Below are positions 18,319-26,226 of a stretch of 32,000 bases of DNA, piece by piece. The stretch lies in the NCBI RefSeq assembly GCF_001644705.1, contig NZ_CP015137.1, positions 2,790,001 through 2,822,000 of the forward strand, read 5' to 3'. Each line of letters opens with the position of its first letter. Positions within the stretch are counted from its first letter, which is position 1. Made by a program: the position numbers and the translations under genes. The stretch comes from Dickeya solani IPO 2222. Lineage in GTDB: Bacteria; Pseudomonadota; Gammaproteobacteria; Enterobacterales; Enterobacteriaceae. Under the pieces are notes generated by a model. It made no database searches. It was not told the DNA's origin and worked only from the letters and a program-made list of their open reading frames with translations.

Positions 18319-18355
18319 GCACTGCCCGTCATGTTTTAGATTGTCCGGGCAGTGC
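18319..18355. repeat. 10-bp perfect-stem hairpin at the edge of a GC-rich block in an AT-rich spacer
   Basis: gcactgcccg (18319-18328) / cgggcagtgc (18346-18355), 17-nt loop. Confidence 0.8.
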
Positions 18356-18526
18356 CCAAACCCCTCACGTACTCCGTGTCTACCCCTTGCTCCGCGAGGC
18401 TTCCCGTGTCCAGGCTGGCTGCGCCAATTACGCCTATTGGGGGAGGTGCTTATTCAGGTAAATAAGGCGTTATTTTATTTTAAATAAATGTGAACAGTTT
18501 ATTTTTGAATGAACCACTCTTTAAAC

Positions 18527-18539
18527 AACGTTATGACAT
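18527..18539. promoter_or_regulatory. 13-bp direct repeat copy 1 (AACGTTATGACAT), candidate regulator site
   Basis: Identical 13-mer recurs at 18603-18615, 76 bp downstream. Both are upstream of the flavoenzyme gene. Confidence 0.4.
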
Positions 18540-18550
18540 AATAGTGGAAT

Positions 18551-18568
18551 ATTAGTTAATTAACTAAT
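18551..18568. promoter_or_regulatory. perfect 18-bp palindrome ATTAGTTAA|TTAACTAAT, candidate operator
   Basis: Exact dyad between the two AACGTTATGACAT copies, ~130 bp upstream of the start codon. Confidence 0.4.
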
Positions 18569-18602
18569 TTGATTATTTATAAACTAAAAAGACAATCATA
18601 TT

Positions 18603-18615
18603 AACGTTATGACAT
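18603..18615. promoter_or_regulatory. 13-bp direct repeat copy 2 (AACGTTATGACAT)
   Basis: Identical to 18527-18539. Confidence 0.4.
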
Positions 18616-18699
18616 CGGCCCGCTAAGCAAAATCAAAAACAATAAACCGATAACAAATTTAAAGCCTATGAAATATTTTTAATTATGGAGTCACTGACT

Positions 18700-21477
18700 A
18701 TGAACATGAACCACCAGGTACTGAGTCCGTTTATCTTGCCAAATGGCGTCGAGCTTAAAAATCGTCTCCTGATGGCGCCTATGACCACCTGTACCGGCTT
18801 TTATGACGGAACCGTCACCAAAGAACTGGTGGAGTACTATCAGGTGCGCGCCGGCAGTATCGGCGCGGTGATCGTTGAATGCTGCTTTATCGATGATAAA
18901 GGGCTGGCGTTTCCGGGCGCGATTGGCATCGACACTGATGACAAGGTCGCCGGGCTGGCGAAAGTCGCCTCAGCCATCAAGGAGAAGGGCTCAAAAGCCA
19001 TTCTGCAGATTTACCACGGCGGCCGCATGGTGGAACCGAAGCTGATTGGCGGCCGGTCGCCGGTCGGGCCGAGCGCCGTTGCCGCGCCGCGAGAAGGCGC
19101 CGCGGTTCCGATCGCGCTGACGGGCGAAGAGGTGGAAGCCATGATCGCCAAATTTGGCGAAGGGGTACGCCGCGCCATTGAAGCCGGTTTCGACGGCGTG
19201 GAAATTCACGGCGCCAATACCTACCTGATTCAGCAGTTTTACTCCCCGAACTCCAACCAGCGCACCGACGAATGGGGCGGCAGCCGCGACAACCGCGCCA
19301 GATTCCCGCTCGCCGTGCTGGAGATTACCCACCAGATGGCACGCCAGTATGCGGATGCATCCTTCATCATCGGCTATCGCTTCTCGCCGGAGGAAATCGA
19401 AGAGCCGGGCATCCGGTTTGACGACACCCTGTACCTGCTGGAAAAACTGGCGGCGCGCGGGCTGGATTATCTGCATTTCTCAATGGGGTACACCCTGCGC
19501 TCGTCCATCGTCGATACCACCGATCCCACCCCGCTGATTGGCAAATATGTCGCGATGCGCTCTGACACGCTGGCTAAGGTGCCGGTCATCGGCGTCGGCG
19601 GCGTGGTGAATAAAGCGGATGCCGACGCGGCGCTGGAGCACGGTTACGATCTGGTGGCGGTGGGGAAAGCCTGTATTGCCTATCCGGACTGGACCGATCG
19701 CCTCATCAATCAGCAGAAGCTCGAACTGTTTATCGACAGCACCCAACGTGAAGCCCTGACCATCCCAGAACCGCTGTGGCGTTTCTCGCTGGTGGAAGCG
19801 ATGATCCGCGACATGAGCCTGTCGTCGAAAAAATTTAAGGCGGGCGTCTTTCAGGAAAAAGTGCAGGACGACGCCGGCGAACTGGTGATCAACGTCAGTC
19901 TGGAAACGGACCGCATCGCCGATGTGACGCTGGAACCTAATCCGCAACTGAATACCGATTTCGTCAGCAGCTTTGAGGTTATCCGTTCCCGCATTCTTGA
20001 CGCCAATAGCCCGCATGTGGATGCGGTCACCGGTGCCACCACCCAAAGCGAAGCGGTGAAAAAAGCGGTGTCCAAAGCGCTGGCCAAGTCCTGCAAGGCG
20101 GCGATTATGGCGGAAGGCGGCGACCCGGCGGACATGCAGCGTTATGACGTGGTGGTGATCGGCAGCGGCGGCGCCGGTCTGGCCGCGGCGATTCAGGCGT
20201 GCGATGACGGCGCCAGGGTGCTGATTGTCGAGAAGATGTCCAGCATCGGCGGCAATACCATCAAGGCTTCCGTGGGCATGAATGCGGCGGGAACCCGCTT
20301 CCAAAAAATAAAAGGTATCGTAGACGACAAGCAGCGCTTCTACGAGGAGACTCTGAAAGGCGGTAAGCTAAAAAATAATCCCGATTTGCTGAAACGATTC
20401 GTGGAAGGCGCGCCGATGGCGATCGAGTGGCTGGCGGAGCGCGGCATCGAACTGAACGACATTACCATTACCGGCGGCATGAGCGTGGATCGCACCCACC
20501 GACCGGCGGATGGCTCGGCGGTCGGCGGCTTCCTGATCAGCGGTCTGGTGAAAAACATCAACAAACGCAATATTGATGTGATGCTGGAGACGTCGGTTGT
20601 CGACATCCTCCATGAAGCCGGTGCGATTACCGGTGTACAGGTGCTTAACGAGGACAATGAACAACTGACCATCGCCACCAAAGGCGTGGTGGTCGCCACC
20701 GGCGGATTCAGCGCCAACCGCGAGATGGTGGTGAAATATCGCCCGGATCTGGACGGTTTTGTCACCACCAACCATAAAGGCGCCACCGGCAGCGGCATCG
20801 CGATTCTGGAGAAGGTGGGCGCCGATACCGTCGATCTGGGGGAAATTCAGATCCACCCGACGGTCGAGCAAACCACGTCTTACCTGATCTCCGAATCCAT
20901 TCGCGGCGGCGGCGCGATTCTGGTGAACCAGCAGGGGCATCGCTTCTTTAACGAGATGGAAACCCGCGATAAAGTGTCGGCGGCGATCATCAACCTGCCG
21001 GAGAAGTACGCCTATATCCTGTTTGATGAGCAAGTGAGAACCAAGAACAAGGCGGCGGACGAGTATCTGTCTCGCGGTTTTGTGGTCAGCGCCTCTTCTC
21101 CGCGCGAACTGGCGGACAAGCTGGCTATCGACTTTCACGCTCTGCTGGCGACGCTGGAGCGCTATAACCAGTTTGTCGAAAACCAGCATGACGACGACTT
21201 CGGCCGTAAAACCGCGTTGCGTCATCCCATCAATCAGGGGCCGTTCTACGCTATCCGCATCGCGCCCGGCGTGCATCACACCATGGGCGGCGTGGTGATC
21301 AACACCGATACCGCGGTGCTGGACAACAAGAAACGGGTGATCCGGGGCGCTTTCGCCGCCGGTGAAGTGGTGGGCGGCATCCACGGCGGCAATCGCATCG
21401 GCGGCAACGCCGTCGCCGATATCATCGTTTTTGGTATTCAGGCGGGCCGTAACGCGGCATCCTACGTACAGATGTAA
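18700..21477 (+). CDS. three-domain soluble flavoenzyme: OYE-like NADH:flavin oxidoreductase + FMN_bind (covalent-FMN) domain + FAD_binding_2 fumarate-reductase/urocanate-reductase-like domain (2-enoate reductase, substrate unknown)
   Basis: N-terminal OYE motifs (LKNRLLMAPMTT, QIYHGGRM, FDGVEIHGANTYLIQQF..NQRTDEWGGS). Flavinylation motif D-A-V-T-G-A-T at 20020-20040. Rossmann YDVVVIGSGGAGLAAAIQA. Fcc3-like HPT...ESIRGGGAILVN and HHTMGGV. No signal peptide. The ATG at 18700 has GGAG 9 nt upstream; the track start at 18685 lacks an SD. Confidence 0.9.
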   Translation: MNMNHQVLSPFILPNGVELKNRLLMAPMTTCTGFYDGTVTKELVEYYQVRAGSIGAVIVECCFIDDKGLAFPGAIGIDTDDKVAGLAKVASAIKEKGSKAILQIYHGGRMVEPKLIGGRSPVGPSAVAAPREGAAVPIALTGEEVEAMIAKFGEGVRRAIEAGFDGVEIHGANTYLIQQFYSPNSNQRTDEWGGSRDNRARFPLAVLEITHQMARQYADASFIIGYRFSPEEIEEPGIRFDDTLYLLEKLAARGLDYLHFSMGYTLRSSIVDTTDPTPLIGKYVAMRSDTLAKVPVIGVGGVVNKADADAALEHGYDLVAVGKACIAYPDWTDRLINQQKLELFIDSTQREALTIPEPLWRFSLVEAMIRDMSLSSKKFKAGVFQEKVQDDAGELVINVSLETDRIADVTLEPNPQLNTDFVSSFEVIRSRILDANSPHVDAVTGATTQSEAVKKAVSKALAKSCKAAIMAEGGDPADMQRYDVVVIGSGGAGLAAAIQACDDGARVLIVEKMSSIGGNTIKASVGMNAAGTRFQKIKGIVDDKQRFYEETLKGGKLKNNPDLLKRFVEGAPMAIEWLAERGIELNDITITGGMSVDRTHRPADGSAVGGFLISGLVKNINKRNIDVMLETSVVDILHEAGAITGVQVLNEDNEQLTIATKGVVVATGGFSANREMVVKYRPDLDGFVTTNHKGATGSGIAILEKVGADTVDLGEIQIHPTVEQTTSYLISESIRGGGAILVNQQGHRFFNEMETRDKVSAAIINLPEKYAYILFDEQVRTKNKAADEYLSRGFVVSASSPRELADKLAIDFHALLATLERYNQFVENQHDDDFGRKTALRHPINQGPFYAIRIAPGVHHTMGGVVINTDTAVLDNKKRVIRGAFAAGEVVGGIHGGNRIGGNAVADIIVFGIQAGRNAASYVQM

Positions 21478-21548
21478 TTAACGCCAGCCCTGCGTCAGAA
21501 GCCTTTCTGGCGCAGGCATGATTCGCTTCTCTTCCGGGGTTATCCGCC

Positions 21549-22523
21549 ATGCCGCCAGACGATCGGGTTTACGCCTATTCCACCGTACTCATGGGGTCGC
21601 CGATTCTTCTCAAATTGTTTGAGCCGAATGAGCATCTGGCCTCGCAGGTGTTTGGCCGCATTAAACAACTGGAGGATGCGTTGACCGTTAACCGGGCGGA
21701 CTCCGAAGTCATGGATATCAACCGTGCGGCAGGCAAACACCCGGTCGTCGTCAGTCAGCCGCTGTTCAATCTGATTAAGCGCGCCAGAGAGGTCAGCCTG
21801 CTGGACGACAGCTGCTTCAATTTCACCATCGGACCGGTGGTCAAACGCTGGAAAATCGGCTTTCAGGGCCACAGCGTGCCGCCCGCTGACGAATTGCAGG
21901 CGTTACTGGCGTTGACCGACCCGCGTCACGTCGTGCTCAATGCGCAGGCGCGCTCGGTATGGCTGGAAAAGACGGGGATGGAAATCGATCTGGGGGCGAT
22001 CGCCAAAGGGTATATCGCCGATGTCGTCAGGCAATTCCTGTATCAGCACCATGTCTACCATGCGTTGATCAATCTGGGCGGCAACGTGCTGGCGCTCGGC
22101 AGACCGCAAAACGGTAGCCAGACGGCCTGGTCGGTAGGATTGCAAAAACCGTTTGGCGACAACGGCGAGCTTATCGGCCTGGTTCACGTAGCGAACAAGT
22201 CGGTGGTGACGTCCGGCATTTACGAGCGTTATTTCGAATGCGATGGCCGCCGGTATCACCATATTCTCGACCCAAAAACCGGCTACCCGCTGGATAACGA
22301 ATTGCTCAGCGTGACCATCATTTCCGATGCCTCCATCGACGGAGACATCTACACCACCCTGATTTACGGTCTGGGGGTGGAAAAGGGGCTGACGTACCTG
22401 TCCCGGTTACCGCATATCGAAGCCATTTTCGTGACCAACGACCGGCGGGTGATTCTCTCCTCGCAGCGACAATATGATTTTACGCTGTTGGATGCGGGGT
22501 ACGAGGTCGCTGCGATGCGGTAA
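21549..22523 (+). CDS. ApbE-family FAD:protein FMN transferase, leaderless (predicted cytoplasmic)
   Basis: 324 aa. Begins directly at the conserved core (YSTVLMGSPILLKLF, DLGAIAKGYIAD, HHILDPKTGYP). No signal peptide or lipobox, unlike the paralogue at 15518. Lies 71 bp downstream of the flavoenzyme gene. Confidence 0.85.
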   Translation: MPPDDRVYAYSTVLMGSPILLKLFEPNEHLASQVFGRIKQLEDALTVNRADSEVMDINRAAGKHPVVVSQPLFNLIKRAREVSLLDDSCFNFTIGPVVKRWKIGFQGHSVPPADELQALLALTDPRHVVLNAQARSVWLEKTGMEIDLGAIAKGYIADVVRQFLYQHHVYHALINLGGNVLALGRPQNGSQTAWSVGLQKPFGDNGELIGLVHVANKSVVTSGIYERYFECDGRRYHHILDPKTGYPLDNELLSVTIISDASIDGDIYTTLIYGLGVEKGLTYLSRLPHIEAIFVTNDRRVILSSQRQYDFTLLDAGYEVAAMR

Positions 22524-22532
22524 AGCGACGTG

Positions 22533-23114
22533 CTACGCGTCACCCAGCAGCGCTTTTTTGGCTGCCGCGAGAAATTCATCCGACAACGGGTCCCCGGCGG
22601 TCGCACGCGCCAGCATCAGTGCGCCGACTAACAGCACAGTCTGCGTCAGCGCCTGTTGCCTGCGCTGTTCGTCGTCTTCCGTATCGGCAAGGGACTCCAG
22701 CCTGTCCAGCATGGCTTTCACGCCATTGAGATACACCTCACGTACTGGTTTGTCTTCACTTTCCCGAGCGACATCACTGGCTAACGCGGTGATCGCGCAT
22801 CCGTCCTTCACGCCATCGCGGTGGCTGGCAGACAGGTAGTGTTCCACCAGCGTGCGCAGGTTGCGTTGATCCGGCTGTTGGCTGATCGCCTGCCAGTGGG
22901 TACTGGAGTCCTCAAGCGCTTTGTTACTGGCGATAGCGGCCAGTTCATCTTTAGAGGCAAAGTGACCATAAAAGCCGCCGTGGGTTAATCCGGCCGCCGC
23001 CATCAAATCGTTCACGCTGACGCCATTCAGGCCTCGTTCGCGAAAGAGCTGCGAAGAAACCTGGATAATTTCTTCGCGGTTTCGCTCCATCTGTTGTTTT
23101 GATACACGGGCCAT
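22533..23114 (-). CDS. TetR/AcrR-family transcriptional regulator
   Basis: 193 aa. N-terminal HTH (ERGLNGVSVNDLMAAAGLTHGGFYGHFASKDEL). AGGAGG SD. Sits immediately downstream of the AKR gene on the same strand. Confidence 0.9.
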   Translation of the reverse strand: MARVSKQQMERNREEIIQVSSQLFRERGLNGVSVNDLMAAAGLTHGGFYGHFASKDELAAIASNKALEDSSTHWQAISQQPDQRNLRTLVEHYLSASHRDGVKDGCAITALASDVARESEDKPVREVYLNGVKAMLDRLESLADTEDDEQRRQQALTQTVLLVGALMLARATAGDPLSDEFLAAAKKALLGDA

Positions 23115-23199
23115 CGTTTCCTCCTTTATTCAATCCGGCACCATCTTAGGGTATGAAAAACTCAGACTCAATAGATGATGCCTTTCATCAATAGTCAGG

Positions 23200-24243
23200 T
23201 CAGGCTTGTGGCGGCCATGCGGTAATGAAATGGCCGCCGCCCTGCGCCCGGGGCAGTGTGCCGGCAATCTGGTCGTGCGGCGTTCCCAGTGAAATGGCGC
23301 TGACTTCATCCAGCCGGGCAACCTGAGCCTCGCTTAATGTCACATCCAGCGCCACCAACGTGTCATTCAACTGTGTCAGGGTGCGTGAACCCAGAATGGG
23401 GATCAGACTGGTGCTGGCACGAGCCGCTTTGTATCGCAACCAGGCGATGGCAACCTGTATTGGCATCACATTCAGTTGCTGGGCAACGCTAAAGACCTCG
23501 TCCAGCAAGGCGGTATCCTGCTCGGTGTGTACCAGTCGGCCCCCAAAACCGGTTAGACGACCCGCTTTACTTTGACGGTATTTACCGGTCAACAGGCCGC
23601 CCCCCAGCGGTGACCAAAGCGTCGCCGCCAGTCCCAATGCCTCTGCCATGGGCAGCAGTTCCCGTTCGGCGGTGCGCTGCACCAGACTGTATTCCACCTG
23701 AATACCGGCAATACGCGACCAGCCACGTAGTTCCGCCATCGTGTCTGCCCGGGCAATGCGCCAGGCTGGGAAATTAGATAGCCCGGCATACTGGATTTTC
23801 CCCGCGCGGATCAGATCGTCGAACGCCCGAACGATTTCTTCAAGCGGGGTTAACTGATCGTCAAAGTGCGCCCACAGCAGATCAATACGGTCGGTTTTTA
23901 GCCGTTTAAGGCTGTTTTCCACCGAAGCCATCATGTTCTTACGGCTGTTACCGGTTTGGGCGATACCCGCGTCCGGCATCGCGCTTAGGGTGTATTTCGT
24001 CGCTACGACAAAGTGATCGCGATCGGCGGCGATGAACTCCCCGACCATCTGCTCAGACTGGCCGAACTGGTAGGCATCAGCCGTATCGATAAAGTTACCG
24101 CCCGCGTCGGTATAGCGGTCAAACACCTGTTTCGCTTCTTCTTTTTCCGAACCATAACCCCAACCGGTACCAAAGTTGCCTGTGCCAAGGGCCAATTCGG
24201 ATACGCGTAAACCGGTGTTACGACCAAACGTGGTGTAGTGCAT
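23200..24243 (-). CDS. aldo/keto reductase
   Basis: 347 aa from MHYTTFGRNTGLRVSELALGTGNFG (GAGGA SD upstream). AKR motifs GGNFIDTADAY and LLWAHFDD. The track start at 24294 adds 17 AT-rich codons with no SD. Confidence 0.9.
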   Translation of the reverse strand: MHYTTFGRNTGLRVSELALGTGNFGTGWGYGSEKEEAKQVFDRYTDAGGNFIDTADAYQFGQSEQMVGEFIAADRDHFVVATKYTLSAMPDAGIAQTGNSRKNMMASVENSLKRLKTDRIDLLWAHFDDQLTPLEEIVRAFDDLIRAGKIQYAGLSNFPAWRIARADTMAELRGWSRIAGIQVEYSLVQRTAERELLPMAEALGLAATLWSPLGGGLLTGKYRQSKAGRLTGFGGRLVHTEQDTALLDEVFSVAQQLNVMPIQVAIAWLRYKAARASTSLIPILGSRTLTQLNDTLVALDVTLSEAQVARLDEVSAISLGTPHDQIAGTLPRAQGGGHFITAWPPQA

Positions 24244-24262
24244 GCTGCTAATCCTCGTATTT

Positions 24263-24280
24263 AAATGTCGATTGACATTT
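24263..24280. promoter_or_regulatory. inverted repeat AAATGTC-gatt-GACATTT in the AKR/SDR divergent promoter region (candidate operator; contains TTGACA)
   Basis: 7-bp perfect arms. TTGACA at 24272-24277. Confidence 0.4.
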
Positions 24281-24358
24281 ATAATATATGTCATACATCA
24301 TCTATCTGTGCAAGCATGATGTTCATCATCTATATCACCCTGACAAGAGAGCAAGCCC

Positions 24359-25222
24359 ATGAAAACGATTCCCTCGGTTCTCATCACTGGCGCGTCATCC
24401 GGTATTGGCGCTGTCTATGCCGAGCGTTTCGCCAGCCGTGGTTATGATCTGGTGCTGGTTGCCCGCGATCGTGTACGGATGGATGCCCTGGCAACCCGCC
24501 TGCGCCAGAAGAATGGTGTCACTGTCGATGTTCTGCCGGCCGACCTCACCCGATCCGACGAGCTTGCCGTGATAGAGACGCGGCTGCGTGAAGACCACCG
24601 TATCGGGATCCTCGTGAATAATGCGGGGATGAATATCGGCGGACATTTCATCGAGCAGGCGACTGACGATATTGCGCGGCTTGTCGCCCTCAATACGACA
24701 GCGCTTGTCCGGCTTGCCAGCGCGGTTGCTCCACGTCTGGCAGCGGCTGGCGAGGGCGCCATCATTAATGTTGGCTCGGTGGTCGGCCTGGCGCCGGAGT
24801 TCGGGTTGACCGTTTACGGCGCGACCAAGGCGTTCGTGCTGTTTCTGTCTCAGGGACTTAGCCTTGAGCTTGCCCCCAAGGGTATCTACGTTCAGGCCGT
24901 GCTTCCTGCGGCAACACGCACGGAGATTTGGGAGCGCTCAGGCACCGACATCAATACGCTTCCCGCCGTGATGGAAGTAGAGGAACTGGTGGATGCCGCG
25001 CTGGTTGGTTTTGATCGCCGCGAACCGGTAACCATCCCGCCGCTCCACGAGGCAGTGCAGTGGGAGGCTTACCAAAATGCACGGCAAGCCATGTTGCCGG
25101 GGTTTGCGCAGTCGCACGCTGCTGCGCGTTACCGACTGATGCACTCGCCGATGCAGAATTGCGTCCGCAGCGCGCCGGTTTTATTTACTCAGACATCAGA
25201 CAGCCTGATGACGAATCAATAG
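24359..25222 (+). CDS. short-chain dehydrogenase/reductase (classical SDR)
   Basis: 287 aa. TGASSGIG cofactor motif, NNAG, YGATKAF (YxxxK). Confidence 0.9.
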   Translation: MKTIPSVLITGASSGIGAVYAERFASRGYDLVLVARDRVRMDALATRLRQKNGVTVDVLPADLTRSDELAVIETRLREDHRIGILVNNAGMNIGGHFIEQATDDIARLVALNTTALVRLASAVAPRLAAAGEGAIINVGSVVGLAPEFGLTVYGATKAFVLFLSQGLSLELAPKGIYVQAVLPAATRTEIWERSGTDINTLPAVMEVEELVDAALVGFDRREPVTIPPLHEAVQWEAYQNARQAMLPGFAQSHAAARYRLMHSPMQNCVRSAPVLFTQTSDSLMTNQ

Positions 25223-25234
25223 ACAAGGTATTTT

Positions 25235-26045
25235 ATGACATCAAATAAACCCATCGCGCTGGTTACCGGCGCCTCATCGAGCTACAGCGGAACTGTTGGT
25301 ACAGGCCGGCTATAAGGTATACGGCACCAGCCGACGAGGCTCTCAGGCTGGTCACCGACGGTTTGAGCTGCTGGCGCTGGATGTGACCAGCGATGAATCG
25401 GTCGATGCGGCCGTCAGCGAACTGCTGCTGCGGGAAGGGCGTATCGATCTACTGGTGAATAACGCCGGTTTTGGACTCAGCCCGGCAGGTGCGGAAGAAA
25501 GCTCTATCGAACAGGCTAAGGCGATCTTCGACACTAATTTCCTTGGGGTTGTCCGCATGACCCGTGCCGTGGTGCCCTGCATGCGCCAACAGGGTAGCGG
25601 CCGTATCATCAACATCGGTTCCATTCTTGGCGTAGTACCCATGCCTTATGTGGCGCTTTACGCAGCCAGCAAGCATGCGGTCGAAGGCTATTCAGAAGCG
25701 CTGGATCATGAGCTGCGAACCCGCGGTATTCGGGTTTCGGTTATCGAGCCCGCCTATACCAAAACGCAGTTCGAGTCGAACAATGTGCCGCCGGACGCAA
25801 CGTTGGATGAATACGCCACGGTACGCCGGGCGCTGGGCAAGGTGGTGAAGCTGGCGATGGAGAACGCGGACGATCCGGTTGTGGTGGCCGAGGTGGTGCT
25901 AAAAGCCGCCCGCGCGAAACGCCCGAAGCTTCGCTATACGGCAGGTTCAACGGCGACCCGCTTGAGCCTGCTGCGTCGGTTTGCACCGGCGGGTGTGCTG
26001 GATTCCGGCATTCGTAAGAGTCTTCAGCTTGACGTACCGGCGTGA
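25235..26045 (+). pseudogene. SDR oxidoreductase disrupted by a frameshifting deletion in the Gly-rich cofactor motif
   Basis: The ATG at 25235 (AAGG SD) gives MTSNKPIALVTGASS, then runs out of frame to a TAA at 25313. The +1 frame continues (R)ATAELLVQAGYKVYGTSRR... to 26045 (track ORF 25296..26045). The expected G-I-G between the two pieces is missing at ~25279/25280. Confidence 0.75.
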
Positions 26046-26226
26046 TTTTTACACGGGTTCCCGGCCAGTTTTTTACTGGAGAACCCGAGGCATATCCAGA
26101 TGAATTACATGCTTTTTATTGAAAAACTGGCTTTATTTTCATCATCAATACCGGGGAACTGGACGAGTACGCAGGCAATAAAAGCGCCGACCATATCCAT
26201 TTAATCATTCTGGAGAGCAAAATGTT

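Noticed and set aside
19480-21384. Two long antisense ORFs (274 and 338 aa) inside the flavoenzyme gene
   Set aside because: These are shadow frames of a gene with unambiguous domain content. Their composition is biased to R/H/A/G, and neither has an SD or a homology pattern.
26100-26204. 34-codon ORF between the SDR pseudogene and the MDR gene
   Set aside because: It has no SD and no recognisable motif, and lies in a spacer with a hairpin. It is probably non-coding.
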